From: Acidimicrobiaceae bacterium
GTDB taxonomy: Bacteria; Actinomycetota; Acidimicrobiia; Acidimicrobiales; JACDCH01
Length of the DNA stretch: 35,878 nucleotides
Reading direction: 5' to 3'
Assembly: GCA_041166685.1 (NCBI GenBank)
Contig: JBEEGD010000065.1
Location: 1-35,878, forward strand
Part shown: piece by piece, positions 8,330 through 17,240 of the stretch
Position numbering within the stretch: position 1 is the stretch's first letter
How the letters are laid out: each line of letters opens with the position of its first letter
Notes under the pieces: generated by a model
What the model was told of the DNA's origin: nothing
Database searches by the model: none
The model's input: only the letters and a program-made list of their open reading frames with translations
Made by a program: the position numbers and the translations under genes

Positions 8330-9579
8330 CGTGAACTGGGGCTGATCACGATGTGGCCGATGCGGCGGCCGTGGACCCGCTCGGCACGCAGCTGGTGACC
8401 GTCGACATCGGCCGTCTCCCCCTCAGCCGGCACGTGACCGAGCAACGCGATGAGCAATCCACCGACCGAGTCCCAGTCGCCCTCCGGCAATGCGGAATCG
8501 AGGAGCTCGTTGAGGTCGTCGATGTTCATGCGGGCGTTGACCCGCAACTCGCCCGAGGGCAACCGCTCGAGCTGCGCTTCCTCGATGTCGTACTCGTCGA
8601 CGATCTCACCCACGAGCTCTTCGATGAGGTCTTCGAGCGTGACCAAACCGGCTGTGCCGCCGTACTCGTCGATCACGACCGCCATGTGATAACGCTGCGC
8701 CTGCATCTCGCGTAGCAGCGCGGGGACCTTCTTGGTCTCAGGTACGAAGATCGCCGGTCGCAAGAACTCCCCTACCGGGGACTCAGACTTGCCATCGCGC
8801 TCGGCCCGCATCAGATCCTTGGCGTGCACCACCCCAACGATGTCGTCGATGCCGTTACCGGACACCGGCAGGCGGCTGAAGCCGTTGAGGATCACGACCT
8901 CCATCACATCGCCCACCTTGAACTCGCACGACACCGTCACCATGTCCGGCCGGGGCACCATCACCTCGCGCACCACGGTGTCGCCGAACTCGATCGTGTT
9001 CTCGATCAGCTTGCGCTCCTCGGCGGCGAGAACCTCGTCGTCGACCGCAACGCCGGCAAGCGCGATGAGGTCGTCCTCGGTCACGGTTGGGCCCGTGGCC
9101 CGCCCCTTACCGGGAATGATCACGTTGGCCGCGCCGATGAGCAGCCGGGCGGCCCACCGCAGCGGGGCGATCGCCGCAATTGCGCGCGCCAGTGGGGCAA
9201 CTCGCAATGCGGATTGATCGGTGGCCAACAACGCGTAGGTCTTCGGCACGGCCTCGGCCAGCACGAAGATCACGACGAGCTCGACCACGAACGCGCCAAC
9301 GACCCCACCGTTCCCCCAGCGGTTCCTCGCGAGGATCGCGACGATCGTGGCGGCCGCCAGGTGACAGGTGAGCAGCACGAGCAATACGGGGTTGATGACG
9401 CGCTCGCGCCGCTCGAGCAGCCGGGCCAGCATGGCCGCGCGACGGTCGCCGTCCTCCGCCAGTGCGGCCGCTCGACCTCGGGTGAGGTGCGTCAGGCTGG
9501 TCTCGGCCACGGCCAGCACGGCCGCGAAGGCGACCAGCCCTACAAAGGCCAGCAGCCCGATGATCTCGTCGGTGCTCAC
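8326..9579 (-). CDS. hemolysin-family protein (DUF21/CNNM membrane domain + CBS pair + CorC_HlyC)
   Basis: An N-terminal TM region (VSTDEIIGLLAFVGLVAFAAVLAVAETSL..) is followed by a CBS pair (..TVVREVMVPRPDMV.., ..IVGVVHAKDLM..) and a C-terminal transporter-associated domain. GTG 9579 overlaps the ybeY stop as GTGA. Confidence 0.9.
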   Translation of the reverse strand: MSTDEIIGLLAFVGLVAFAAVLAVAETSLTHLTRGRAAALAEDGDRRAAMLARLLERRERVINPVLLVLLTCHLAAATIVAILARNRWGNGGVVGAFVVELVVIFVLAEAVPKTYALLATDQSALRVAPLARAIAAIAPLRWAARLLIGAANVIIPGKGRATGPTVTEDDLIALAGVAVDDEVLAAEERKLIENTIEFGDTVVREVMVPRPDMVTVSCEFKVGDVMEVVILNGFSRLPVSGNGIDDIVGVVHAKDLMRAERDGKSESPVGEFLRPAIFVPETKKVPALLREMQAQRYHMAVVIDEYGGTAGLVTLEDLIEELVGEIVDEYDIEEAQLERLPSGELRVNARMNIDDLNELLDSALPEGDWDSVGGLLIALLGHVPAEGETADVDGHQLRAERVHGRRIGHIVISPSSR

Positions 9580-10136
9580 GGGGGCGTGTGGAAACGCTCC
9601 AGGAGCGAACGTTCCTTCGCCTGCATCGCGGCCTCGTCCTCCGGATCCGCATGATCCATTCCGAGAACATGCAAGATGCCATGGACGACGAGTAGCGCAA
9701 GCTCGTCGTCGTACGTGCCCGCGTGCGTGGGGGCGTTCTCCGCGGCCACCTGGGGACACACGACGACGTCACCCAAGAGCAACGGCGGCTCGTGGCTCTC
9801 TTCTCGGTGACCGCTCGGGCCGCTCGGGCCGTTGTCCGGCCAACGTCCGGCGCCCACGGCGTCGTCTTCGAGCGGAAAGGCGAGCACGTCCGTCGGTTCT
9901 TCGACACCCATGAACCGTTCGTTCAACTCGGTGATCGTCGTCGCGTCGACGAAGAGCAACGAGAGTTCGGCGTCACCTCGGATGCCCTCGGCGTCCAACA
10001 CCCGTTGCGCGAGAAGCTGCCACCGCGCCGTGTCCACGGGATGCGCCGCTTGTTCGTTCGCCACGAACACTTCGAGCGTGCCCTCGTCGGGCAGACGCCG
10101 GCGCTTCGACGTCAGCGGATAACTCGGGTCACTCAT
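9576..10136 (-). CDS. ybeY: rRNA maturation endoribonuclease YbeY
   Basis: It carries the metal-binding motif HGILHVLGMDH. ATG 10136 overlaps the phoH stop as ATGA. The phoH-ybeY-CBS-era order is classic. Confidence 0.95.
   Translation of the reverse strand: MSDPSYPLTSKRRRLPDEGTLEVFVANEQAAHPVDTARWQLLAQRVLDAEGIRGDAELSLLFVDATTITELNERFMGVEEPTDVLAFPLEDDAVGAGRWPDNGPSGPSGHREESHEPPLLLGDVVVCPQVAAENAPTHAGTYDDELALLVVHGILHVLGMDHADPEDEAAMQAKERSLLERFHTPP
9811..9831. repeat. tandem 9-bp repeat (CCGCTCGGG x2 plus a partial copy) inside ybeY
   Basis: CCGCTCGGG at 9811-9819 is repeated at 9820-9828 and followed by CCG. On the minus strand it encodes GPSGPSG within an apparent insertion loop (..DNGPSGPSGHREE..). 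Confidence 0.9.
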
Positions 10137-11098
10137 GTGATTGGAGGCGGCGGCGCGGCGCGCTCGTAGGCGTCGACGATGTCCTGGACGATGCGATGCC
10201 GCACGACGTCGCGGCTCGTCAGGCGAACCCACGCGAGTCCATCGATGCCCGCGAGCACCTGCTCGAGGCCCATGAGGCCGCTGCGGCCACCGGGCACGTC
10301 GACTTGCGTCACGTCGCCGGTCACGACGACCTTCGAACCGAAACCGATGCGCGTGAGGAACATCTTCATCTGCTCGGGCGTCGTGTTCTGCGCCTCATCG
10401 AGGATGATGAAGCTGCGGTTGAGAGTTCTGCCACGCATGAACGCCAGCGGCGCGACTTCGACCGTTCCTCGCTCGAGCAGTCGCTGCGCACCATCCAGCT
10501 CCACCATGTCGTAGAGCGCGTCGTACAAGGGCCGCAGGTACGGATCGACCTTGGCCATGATGTCGCCGGGCAAGAACCCCAACCGTTCACCCGCCTCGAC
10601 AGCTGGGCGCGTGAGGATGATGCGGTCGACGTCTTTGGCCTGAAGGGCCTGCACTGCCATCGCAACCGCCAGCCAGCTCTTGCCGGTACCCGCGGGGCCG
10701 ATCCCGAATGTGATCACGTTCTCTCGGATCGCGTCGACGTACCGCTTCTGGCCGCTCGACTTCGGCCGCACGGAACGGCCCTTGGCCGCTCGCAGTACTT
10801 CCGCCGTCAACACCTCGGACGGGCGCTCGTCGGCCTTCACCATGTCGATCGTGCGCGTCACGCTGGCGGGCTCGAGGCGCTGTCCCTGTTGCAGGAGGAT
10901 GACGAGCTCCTCGAACAGGCGACCGACGAGGTCGGCTTCAACCGGCTCACCCTCGATGGCGATCTCGTTGCCCCGCACGTGGATCTCCACACCGGGGAAC
11001 GCACCTTCTACGAGCCGCAACAGTTCGTCACGCTGGCCGAGCAAACCCGTCATCAAGTGATTTCCGGGCACGCTGATCTTGACTTGGGTCGAGCTCAC
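10133..11098 (-). CDS. phoH: PhoH-like ATPase (PhoH/YbeZ)
   Basis: Walker A is GPAGTGKSWLAV, followed by ..FIILDEAQNTTPEQMKMFLTRIGFGSKVVVTGDVTQVD... I chose GTG 11098 (VSSTQVKISVPG..), which gives about 321 aa. The longer track ORF adds an Arg/Pro-rich, non-protein-like extension. Confidence 0.93.
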   Translation of the reverse strand: MSSTQVKISVPGNHLMTGLLGQRDELLRLVEGAFPGVEIHVRGNEIAIEGEPVEADLVGRLFEELVILLQQGQRLEPASVTRTIDMVKADERPSEVLTAEVLRAAKGRSVRPKSSGQKRYVDAIRENVITFGIGPAGTGKSWLAVAMAVQALQAKDVDRIILTRPAVEAGERLGFLPGDIMAKVDPYLRPLYDALYDMVELDGAQRLLERGTVEVAPLAFMRGRTLNRSFIILDEAQNTTPEQMKMFLTRIGFGSKVVVTGDVTQVDVPGGRSGLMGLEQVLAGIDGLAWVRLTSRDVVRHRIVQDIVDAYERAAPPPPIT

Positions 11099-11121
11099 GA
11101 TCAGACAGAGCGTACCGTTGG

Positions 11122-11712
11122 GTGGTGGACGAGCCCCGCCGTGCGGTGCCTCCAGGGGCGGGCTTGCTGGGCGGGCCTGATCTTGCTGCTCGCCTCGAAC
11201 GCTGGGTGTCTGACGCCCGAAGCGCCGACGCTGCAGGTGCGAAAGCACGCCAGCGTTGGCTGCAAGTGCAGGCGGACGAGTCGGCGACATTCATCGGCGT
11301 CCTCCTCGATCTCGCAGAACGCGCCACTCCAGTGATGATCCACGGTCGCGGCGGACGCCGGCATCGCGGCGCAATTGCGGCCGTGGCCGCCGACTTCTGT
11401 GCGCTGCGAACGAGCGGTGGGCGCGATGTGCTGCTCGCCTTCGCGGGCATCGGGTCCGTACGGCCGGATTCGCGCGCTCCGGGGCCGAGTGGAGATCGTG
11501 CGGTGCACGCCGACCTCGGACTGGCGGAAATGCTCAGTGTTTTGGCCGCAGAGCGCCCGCGCGTGCTGATCGTGACGACCGCCGACGCGGAGGGTGTGGC
11601 CGGAGAGCTCCGCAGCGTTGGCCGCGACATCATCACGATTCGACTCGACGGCGAGCCGAGGGCGGCCGCCTACGTGGCCATCACCGCGATTGCCGAGGTC
11701 AGCTTGGTCTGA
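11122..11712 (+). CDS. hypothetical protein (apparent two-repeat small beta domain)
   Basis: GC3 is strong in this frame, and the second half looks like a real protein (..VMIHGRGGRRHRGAIAAVAADFCALRT.. / ..VLIVTTADAEGVAGELRSVGRDIITIRLDG..). The start is uncertain because GTG 11122 lies only 23 nt from the divergent phoH start. I recognise no family. Confidence 0.55.
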   Translation: MVDEPRRAVPPGAGLLGGPDLAARLERWVSDARSADAAGAKARQRWLQVQADESATFIGVLLDLAERATPVMIHGRGGRRHRGAIAAVAADFCALRTSGGRDVLLAFAGIGSVRPDSRAPGPSGDRAVHADLGLAEMLSVLAAERPRVLIVTTADAEGVAGELRSVGRDIITIRLDGEPRAAAYVAITAIAEVSLV

Positions 11713-11715
11713 CGC

Positions 11716-11943
11716 CTATTTGGCCTGTTCCACGGGTTCGGGATAGAGGTGCTCGAGGGTGCCCGGCTCGATGCGGCAGTGCTCGATGAAGCCGTCGACC
11801 TCTTCTTCCTTGAGCCGAATGACGCGCCCGAATCGGTAGGCGGGAATGTCACCTTGATCTATGAAGCGATACAAGGTACGTGGGGTGATACCCAAACGCT
11901 TGGCGGCTTCTGCGGTCGAGAGCCATCTGATTTCCGCAGGCAT
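11716..11943 (-). CDS. excisionase-family (MerR-like) helix-turn-helix DNA-binding protein
   Basis: LSTAEAAKRLGITPRTLYRFIDQGDIPAYRFGRVIRLKEEEVDGFIE matches the excisionase/HTH_17 pattern. The gene is divergent from cpaB across an AT-rich gap. Confidence 0.85.
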   Translation of the reverse strand: MPAEIRWLSTAEAAKRLGITPRTLYRFIDQGDIPAYRFGRVIRLKEEEVDGFIEHCRIEPGTLEHLYPEPVEQAK

Positions 11944-12024
11944 GGGGAGAGATTAGACCACTTCTTCGTGACTTTCGATACCTAAGATGAATTTTCTGGG
12001 TCGGAGCAGGTTTCGAGGCTCTCC
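11944..12024. promoter_or_regulatory. AT-enriched divergent intergenic region (HTH gene <-> tad operon), probable promoter/operator region
   Basis: It is visibly less GC-rich than its flanks (..gattagaccacttcttcgtgactttcgatacctaagatgaattttctgg..). A TANNNT hexamer, TAAGAT, lies at 11983-11988. I cannot assign exact promoter elements. Confidence 0.35.
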
Positions 12025-12783
12025 GTGGCCAACAACGGGGTCGTGGGGGTGGCGGTTCGGACCGGGGGCAACGGGGCGGCGACAGGGACGGCGAATGCCG
12101 ACTCCTCCCTCCTGCTCAAACGGCGGCGCAGCCTGCCGAGCGGGCGGGCCGTCGTGGGCGGGTTCCTCGTGGCGGTCGCCGCCCTCGGGGCGTTCGTGGC
12201 CGCCCGAGGCACCGGGGGCGGCCCATCGCAGCTGTACGTCGTCGTGGCGCACGACGTCGTCGCCGGCACCAAGTTGAAGGCGTCTGATCTGCGGACCACA
12301 GCCGTCGACCTCCCAGACGACATGGCGGCCCGAGCGTTCACCAACGTCGATGCGGTGGCGGGGAGAATCGCGACGACCTCGCTCGCGAACGGGGAGTTGG
12401 TGCAGGCGAGCTCTGTCGTCGGCGGCGACGCGGCCGACCCGCGCTTCCAGCTCTCGATTCCGGTCGAACGCTCTCGAGCACTCGATGGTCTCTTGGTCGC
12501 GGGCGAGAAGGTCGACGTGCTCGTCACGTATGGCACGGGCAGCGACGCCGCGACGTTCGTCGTCGTACGCGGGGCTGACGTGTTGCGCGTCGACCAGGGC
12601 CAGCGCGGCGCCTTGACCGCCAACAACGACACGATCATTCTGCTTGCCGTCGCGAGACCGGATGACGCGCTGGCTGTCACGCACGCCGCGCAGGCCGGGA
12701 AGATCACGATCGTTCGGGCCACCGCGGCGACCGCCGACAAGGGCCCGGACTCGTACCGTCCTCCGAGCGCGAAAACCTCTTGA
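12025..12783 (+). CDS. cpaB: Flp pilus assembly protein CpaB/RcpC
   Basis: An N-terminal TM helix (GRAVVGGFLVAVAALGAFVAA) is followed by a SAF-like region (LYVVVAHDVVAGTKLKASDL) and an RcpC-like C-terminal part. It has a GTG start and is the first gene of the tad operon. Confidence 0.85.
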   Translation: MANNGVVGVAVRTGGNGAATGTANADSSLLLKRRRSLPSGRAVVGGFLVAVAALGAFVAARGTGGGPSQLYVVVAHDVVAGTKLKASDLRTTAVDLPDDMAARAFTNVDAVAGRIATTSLANGELVQASSVVGGDAADPRFQLSIPVERSRALDGLLVAGEKVDVLVTYGTGSDAATFVVVRGADVLRVDQGQRGALTANNDTIILLAVARPDDALAVTHAAQAGKITIVRATAATADKGPDSYRPPSAKTS

Positions 12784-12784
12784 G

Positions 12785-14128
12785 ATGAGGGGCGAGCGGT
12801 TCGTCGCCCTCGGACTCGCGCACGCGCGTTCCGGGTGGTTCAGCGAACTCGCGCGCTGGTCAACGTCAGCAGCCATTCCGGTCGAGTTCGTCAAGTGCGT
12901 CACCATCGAAGAAGTGCGTGCCCGGCTTGCGTCGGGGCGAGTCTTCTCTGCGCTGCTCATCGACGGCGGGCTTCCTGGGGTCGACCGCGATCTCGTCGAC
13001 CAAGCCCTCGCGTGCGGATGCGCCGTGATTGTGATCGACGACGGCCGAGTGCGACGCGACTGGTCGATGCTCGGTGCGTCGGCAGTTCTGCCGGCGCAGC
13101 TCAGTCGATCCGAACTCCTCGATGTGCTCGAAACGCATGCCGTCGCCATCGGTCGCGGCGATGTCATGCCCACGGTCGACGGCTCCACACCTAGCGCGGG
13201 CTCCTGGCGAGGCCGGCTCATTGCGGTGACCGGAGCGGGTGGAACTGGAGCCTCGACCGCGGCCATCGCGCTCGCACAAGGGCTCGGTAGCGACGTGCGC
13301 TACGGAGGCCTCATGCTGCTCGCCGATTTCGCGCTCGATGCTGACCAAGCGATGTTGCACGACGCGGGCGACGTTGTGCCAGGAGTACAGGAGTTGGTCG
13401 AAGCCCACCGCAATGGCGAGCCAACCACGACCGAGGTGCGATCCCTGGCGTTCAGCGCGGCTGATCGCAACTACCACCTGCTGTTGGGGCTCCGCCGCCA
13501 CCGCGACTGGGTCGCGATTCGCCCGCGGGCCTTCGACGCTGCCTTGGACAGCCTGCGCCGCGCCTACAGGGCAGTCATCGCGGACATCGATCCGGATGTC
13601 GAGGGCGAACAACAGTGCGGCTCATTGGACGTAGAGGAGCGAAACCTCTTCGCCCGAGTCATCTCAGCTCGCGCTGATGTGGTGGTCGTGGTCGGTCTCC
13701 CGGGACCGAAGGGATTGCACCGCATGGTGCGTCTCGTCGACTCGCTCGCGGATCACCACGTCGATCCGGCACGCATTGTCCCGGTCATCAACCGCGCTCC
13801 TCGCAATCCACGCGCGAGGGCAGAGCTGACGTCGGCTTTCGCACAGCTCGTGCGGCCGTTGGTCGCAAGTCGAACCCCGTTCGCCGGTCCCGTGTACCTC
13901 CCCGAACGACGTCGGCTCGATGATGTCGTCGGCGATGGGGTACGGCTGCCGGAGGTCCTCGCGGCACCGCTCGCCGGAGCGGTCGGCGCAGTGCTCGACC
14001 GGGTCGCGACCGACGCACCGTCAGAGGCACCGGAACCAGCACGCTGGCCCGAACCCGTTCCTGTCGCGCCCGGCTCCATCGGGACTTGGACCGAGGACGA
14101 GATCGAGGGTGGCGATGGCCGTGAGTGA
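12785..14128 (+). CDS. CpaE/TadZ-like MinD/ParA-family protein with receiver-like N-domain and degenerate Walker A
   Basis: ATG 12785 lies 1 nt after the cpaB stop. The N-terminal CheY-like region contains ..FSALLIDGGLPGVD... The P-loop reads VTGAGGTGASTAAIALAQGL, compared with the canonical GKGGVGKTT. The overall fold is MinD/ParA-like and the gene sits next to tadA. Confidence 0.85.
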   Translation: MRGERFVALGLAHARSGWFSELARWSTSAAIPVEFVKCVTIEEVRARLASGRVFSALLIDGGLPGVDRDLVDQALACGCAVIVIDDGRVRRDWSMLGASAVLPAQLSRSELLDVLETHAVAIGRGDVMPTVDGSTPSAGSWRGRLIAVTGAGGTGASTAAIALAQGLGSDVRYGGLMLLADFALDADQAMLHDAGDVVPGVQELVEAHRNGEPTTTEVRSLAFSAADRNYHLLLGLRRHRDWVAIRPRAFDAALDSLRRAYRAVIADIDPDVEGEQQCGSLDVEERNLFARVISARADVVVVVGLPGPKGLHRMVRLVDSLADHHVDPARIVPVINRAPRNPRARAELTSAFAQLVRPLVASRTPFAGPVYLPERRRLDDVVGDGVRLPEVLAAPLAGAVGAVLDRVATDAPSEAPEPARWPEPVPVAPGSIGTWTEDEIEGGDGRE

Positions 14129-15452
14129 CGAGACCGCCTCACCCCTCGCCCACATCGAACGGGCCGTGCAGGAGCGGGCCAAAGACATCTCCCTCGACAT
14201 GGCCGGCGGCGACGGCAGCCCGAAGCTGCGGGTGCTCATCGATGAGGAGGTTGCTCGCTGGACCGAGGACTACAAACGCGGTCGCCGCGACTTCGATCTC
14301 GCCGATCCGGACCTCGTCGCAGAACGAGCCTTCCGAAACCTCGCGGGCTACGGGCCGCTCGAACCCCTTCTGGCTGACGATGACGTCTGGGAGGTGATGA
14401 TCAACGCCCCCGACCAGATCTTCATCAAGCGACACCGCGGCACAAGCGGGTACCACACCGAGGTCTTTCATGACGACGAACACGTCGTCCGCACGTTGAC
14501 CAAAATCCTCGATGACGCCAACACGGCCCATCGCAAGCTGGATCCGACCGAGGGTTTGCAGGACGCTCAGCTCGACGACGGAGCCCGCCTCCACATCGTG
14601 CATTCCGACGTGAGCCGCGGCGGACACGTGATGGTGAACATCCGAAAGTTCACCGGCGTCGCCTTCAAGACGCTCGAGGAGCTCGTCGAACGCGAGATGC
14701 TGACTGCACAGGCCGCGGACTTCCTGCGCGCCTGTGTGCGTTCGCGGCTGTCAATCGTCATCGCGGGCGCACCGGGAGCGGGAAAGACGACGATGTTGTC
14801 GTGCTGCGCCGCCGAACTCGATCCGTCGCTGCGTGTGGTCATCGCCGAGGAGGTTTTCGAGGCCGATGTCGCGTTGCCCAACGTTGCCTCGATGCAGACC
14901 CGGCCACAGCGCCTGGATCGTCCGGCCGTCGATCTGCGCCGGTTGGTCGCCGGATTTCTGCGGATGGCACCGGACGTCGCGATCGTGGGTGAGGTGCGTG
15001 ACCGCGAGGCGCTTCCGTTGCTGCTCACGCTGTCATCTGGTGTGAAGGGTCTCACGACGATTCATGCTGGCTCGGCCCGGCAGGCACTCACGCGTTTGCG
15101 CTTCATCTGCCAACTTGCGGACACATCGAACGACTTGCCGATGTCGGCGCTCAACGCGCTTGTCTCGGAGGCGGTCGACATCGTCGTGCACTGCGCGCGG
15201 ACCAAGCACGGGGTGGGGGTGACGGAGATCGTGTCGGTCGAGGACCTCATCGCCGGGCCAGACTCGCTGCAGTTCACCGTGACGACGTTGTTCGAACGCG
15301 CCCACGCGGGTGCACCGCTGCGCTGGAGCGGGAACCTTCCCGTGCGGGCGACCAAGGCGCTGCGCGAGGCCGGGTTCGACTCCCGCAAGCTGCTCGACCC
15401 CGACCGCGTGGCCGGCTCGAGCGGCGCGCCGGCGGAGGTGCCCTCACCATGA
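14115..15452 (+). CDS. tadA: Tad/Flp pilus assembly ATPase (CpaF/TadA, VirB11-like secretion ATPase)
   Basis: ..DDDVWEVMINAPDQIFIKRH.. is followed by Walker A IAGAPGAGKTTML, then ..IVGEVRDREALPLLLTLSSGVKGLTTIHAGSA... The start at ATG 14115 (or GTG 14121) overlaps the upstream gene. Confidence 0.95.
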   Translation: MAVSDETASPLAHIERAVQERAKDISLDMAGGDGSPKLRVLIDEEVARWTEDYKRGRRDFDLADPDLVAERAFRNLAGYGPLEPLLADDDVWEVMINAPDQIFIKRHRGTSGYHTEVFHDDEHVVRTLTKILDDANTAHRKLDPTEGLQDAQLDDGARLHIVHSDVSRGGHVMVNIRKFTGVAFKTLEELVEREMLTAQAADFLRACVRSRLSIVIAGAPGAGKTTMLSCCAAELDPSLRVVIAEEVFEADVALPNVASMQTRPQRLDRPAVDLRRLVAGFLRMAPDVAIVGEVRDREALPLLLTLSSGVKGLTTIHAGSARQALTRLRFICQLADTSNDLPMSALNALVSEAVDIVVHCARTKHGVGVTEIVSVEDLIAGPDSLQFTVTTLFERAHAGAPLRWSGNLPVRATKALREAGFDSRKLLDPDRVAGSSGAPAEVPSP

Positions 15453-16330
15453 TCGCCGCGCTTGTCGCGATCGCCGCGGCGAGCGGTGTGTACCTCGTGT
15501 ACACCGAGTTCGCCCTGGGCTGGCGGGGCTTCCACCGGCGCACGTCGACGACGCGCTACCGAGGCCGCGAACTCGGACGCGAATGGCTCGTGCAGGCTGG
15601 GCTGGCCGACGTCCGCATGGGCGAGTTCATCGGGGTGATGGCCGCGCTGTTCGTGTTCGGAGGAACGCTGGGCTTCGCGATCTTCGGAGGGCCGATACCC
15701 GCGCTCGTGCTCGGAGGCTTCGCCGCGTCGTTCCCTCCTGCATCATCGAAGGCGCGGCGCACCGCTCGGCGAGCCGCCGCGCAGGACGCGTGGCCCCGCA
15801 TGCTCGAGGAGATCAGGATCCAAACGAGTGCACTGGGCCGCTCGATCCCGCAGGCTCTCTTCGAGGTTGGCCGGCGCGGTCCGGTCGAGTTACGCCCCGC
15901 CTTCGAAGCGGCTCATCGCGAGTGGCTCATCTCGACGGATTTCGAACGCACGCTCACTGTCCTGAAGGCGCGCCTCGCAGACCCAACCGCCGACGCCACG
16001 TGCGAGACGTTGCTGATCGCGCACGAGCTGGGGGGCAGCGACCTCGAACGGCGCCTCGAAGCTCTCATCGAGGACCGCGTGCTCGACACTCAGGGTCGCA
16101 AGGACGCACGAGCGAAGCAGGCGGGCGTTCGCTTCGCCCGGCGCTTCGTGCTGCTCGTGCCTCTCGGCATGGCGTTCGCAGGGATGTCGGTCGGTACGGG
16201 ACGAGCCGCGTATCAGACCGCGCAGGGCCAAGCCCTGGTGGTTGCGGGCGTCGGGCTGACCGTCGCCTGCTGGATGTGGGCCGGACGCCTCATGAAGCTT
16301 CCCGAGGAAGAGCGGGTCTTCTACGAATGA
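15449..16330 (+). CDS. tadB: Tad pilus platform protein TadB (T2SS F family)
   Basis: The start overlaps tadA as ATGA. It has an N-terminal TM helix, a cytoplasmic helical domain and C-terminal TM helices (..FARRFVLLVPLGMAFAGMSVG.., ..ALVVAGVGLTVACWMWAG..). Confidence 0.8.
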   Translation: MIAALVAIAAASGVYLVYTEFALGWRGFHRRTSTTRYRGRELGREWLVQAGLADVRMGEFIGVMAALFVFGGTLGFAIFGGPIPALVLGGFAASFPPASSKARRTARRAAAQDAWPRMLEEIRIQTSALGRSIPQALFEVGRRGPVELRPAFEAAHREWLISTDFERTLTVLKARLADPTADATCETLLIAHELGGSDLERRLEALIEDRVLDTQGRKDARAKQAGVRFARRFVLLVPLGMAFAGMSVGTGRAAYQTAQGQALVVAGVGLTVACWMWAGRLMKLPEEERVFYE

Positions 16331-17232
16331 GACTCGTCCTGCTCTCCGCCGTCGTGCTGTGGGTTGGTGCCGCGCTGCTGTTCTCGCAGGTCAGGTGGTT
16401 TGCGCGCCGTCCGCTGGTCGATCGACTGCGGCCGTACGCGCCTGGCGGCCACCAAGGCACCACGCGCAGCGGCTTGCTGTCCGTTGAGTCATTCCGCGAA
16501 GTGATCGCGCCCCTCGCGAGTGAGATCGGAGCCCGTGTCGCGTCCCTGTTCGGTGTCGACGAAGATCTCGCCACCCGGTTGGAGCGCGTCCACTCCCCCT
16601 TGGATGCCACCGCCTTTCGCGTTCGGCAACTCGGCGTCACCTGCGCCGCGTTTGCCGTCGGTTCGTTGGCTGCGCTCGGTCTTCGGGTGCCGGCAGCGTT
16701 CGGTGTGCTGTGCGTGTTCGGGCTGCCGTTGCTGGCCTTCCTGATGATCGAGCAGCAGTTGGCCAACGAGTCCGCCAAGTGGCAATCAGGCATCTTTCTC
16801 GAGCTTCCTGTCGTGGCCGAGCAGCTCGGGATGCTGTTGTCCGCGGGCTACTCCCTCGGAGCCGCCCTGAATCGCCTGGCGTTGCGGGGCAAGGGGAACT
16901 GCGGCCGCGACCTCGCTCGGGTCTGCGGACGCATCCGCCAAGGCCTCAGCGAGGTCGAGGCGTTGCGCGAGTGGGCGGCCCTCGAACGAGTCGAGGCTCT
17001 CGATCGATTGGTCGCGCTGTTGAGACTCAATCGTGAAGCGGGCGACCTTGGCCGCCTCATCGCCGAGGAAGCACGCAGCATCCGCCGCGATGTACACCGC
17101 CAGCTCATCGAGACCGTGGAGCGACGCGGTCAACAGGTATGGATTCCGGTCACAGTCGCCACCCTCGTGCCCGGCGTGATCTTCCTCGCAATCCCGTTCA
17201 CTGAGGCGATGCGCCTCTTCACGCAGTCATAG
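16327..17232 (+). CDS. tadC: Tad pilus platform protein TadC (T2SS F family)
   Basis: The start overlaps tadB as ATGA. ..ELPVVAEQLGMLLSAGYSLGAALNRLA.. is a typical T2SSF core, and TM helices flank it. Confidence 0.8.
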   Translation: MRLVLLSAVVLWVGAALLFSQVRWFARRPLVDRLRPYAPGGHQGTTRSGLLSVESFREVIAPLASEIGARVASLFGVDEDLATRLERVHSPLDATAFRVRQLGVTCAAFAVGSLAALGLRVPAAFGVLCVFGLPLLAFLMIEQQLANESAKWQSGIFLELPVVAEQLGMLLSAGYSLGAALNRLALRGKGNCGRDLARVCGRIRQGLSEVEALREWAALERVEALDRLVALLRLNREAGDLGRLIAEEARSIRRDVHRQLIETVERRGQQVWIPVTVATLVPGVIFLAIPFTEAMRLFTQS

Positions 17233-17240
17233 GAGGACCT

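Noticed and set aside
10196-11335. 379-aa plus-strand ORF opposite phoH
   Set aside because: It is antisense to a PhoH gene with intact Walker A and the family core. It has no recognisable motifs.
11716-11943. Excisionase-family HTH as evidence for a prophage or integrative element carrying the tad block
   Set aside because: No integrase, recombinase, tRNA target, flanking direct repeats or phage/conjugation genes appear in the window. This HTH type is also commonly a stand-alone regulator. I treat it as a candidate tad regulator instead.
11953-13266. 437-aa and 252-aa minus-strand ORFs opposite cpaB and the cpaE-like gene (also 12866-13612)
   Set aside because: They are shadow ORFs antisense to the tad operon. 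Their composition is dominated by Arg/Ser/Ala/Pro runs.
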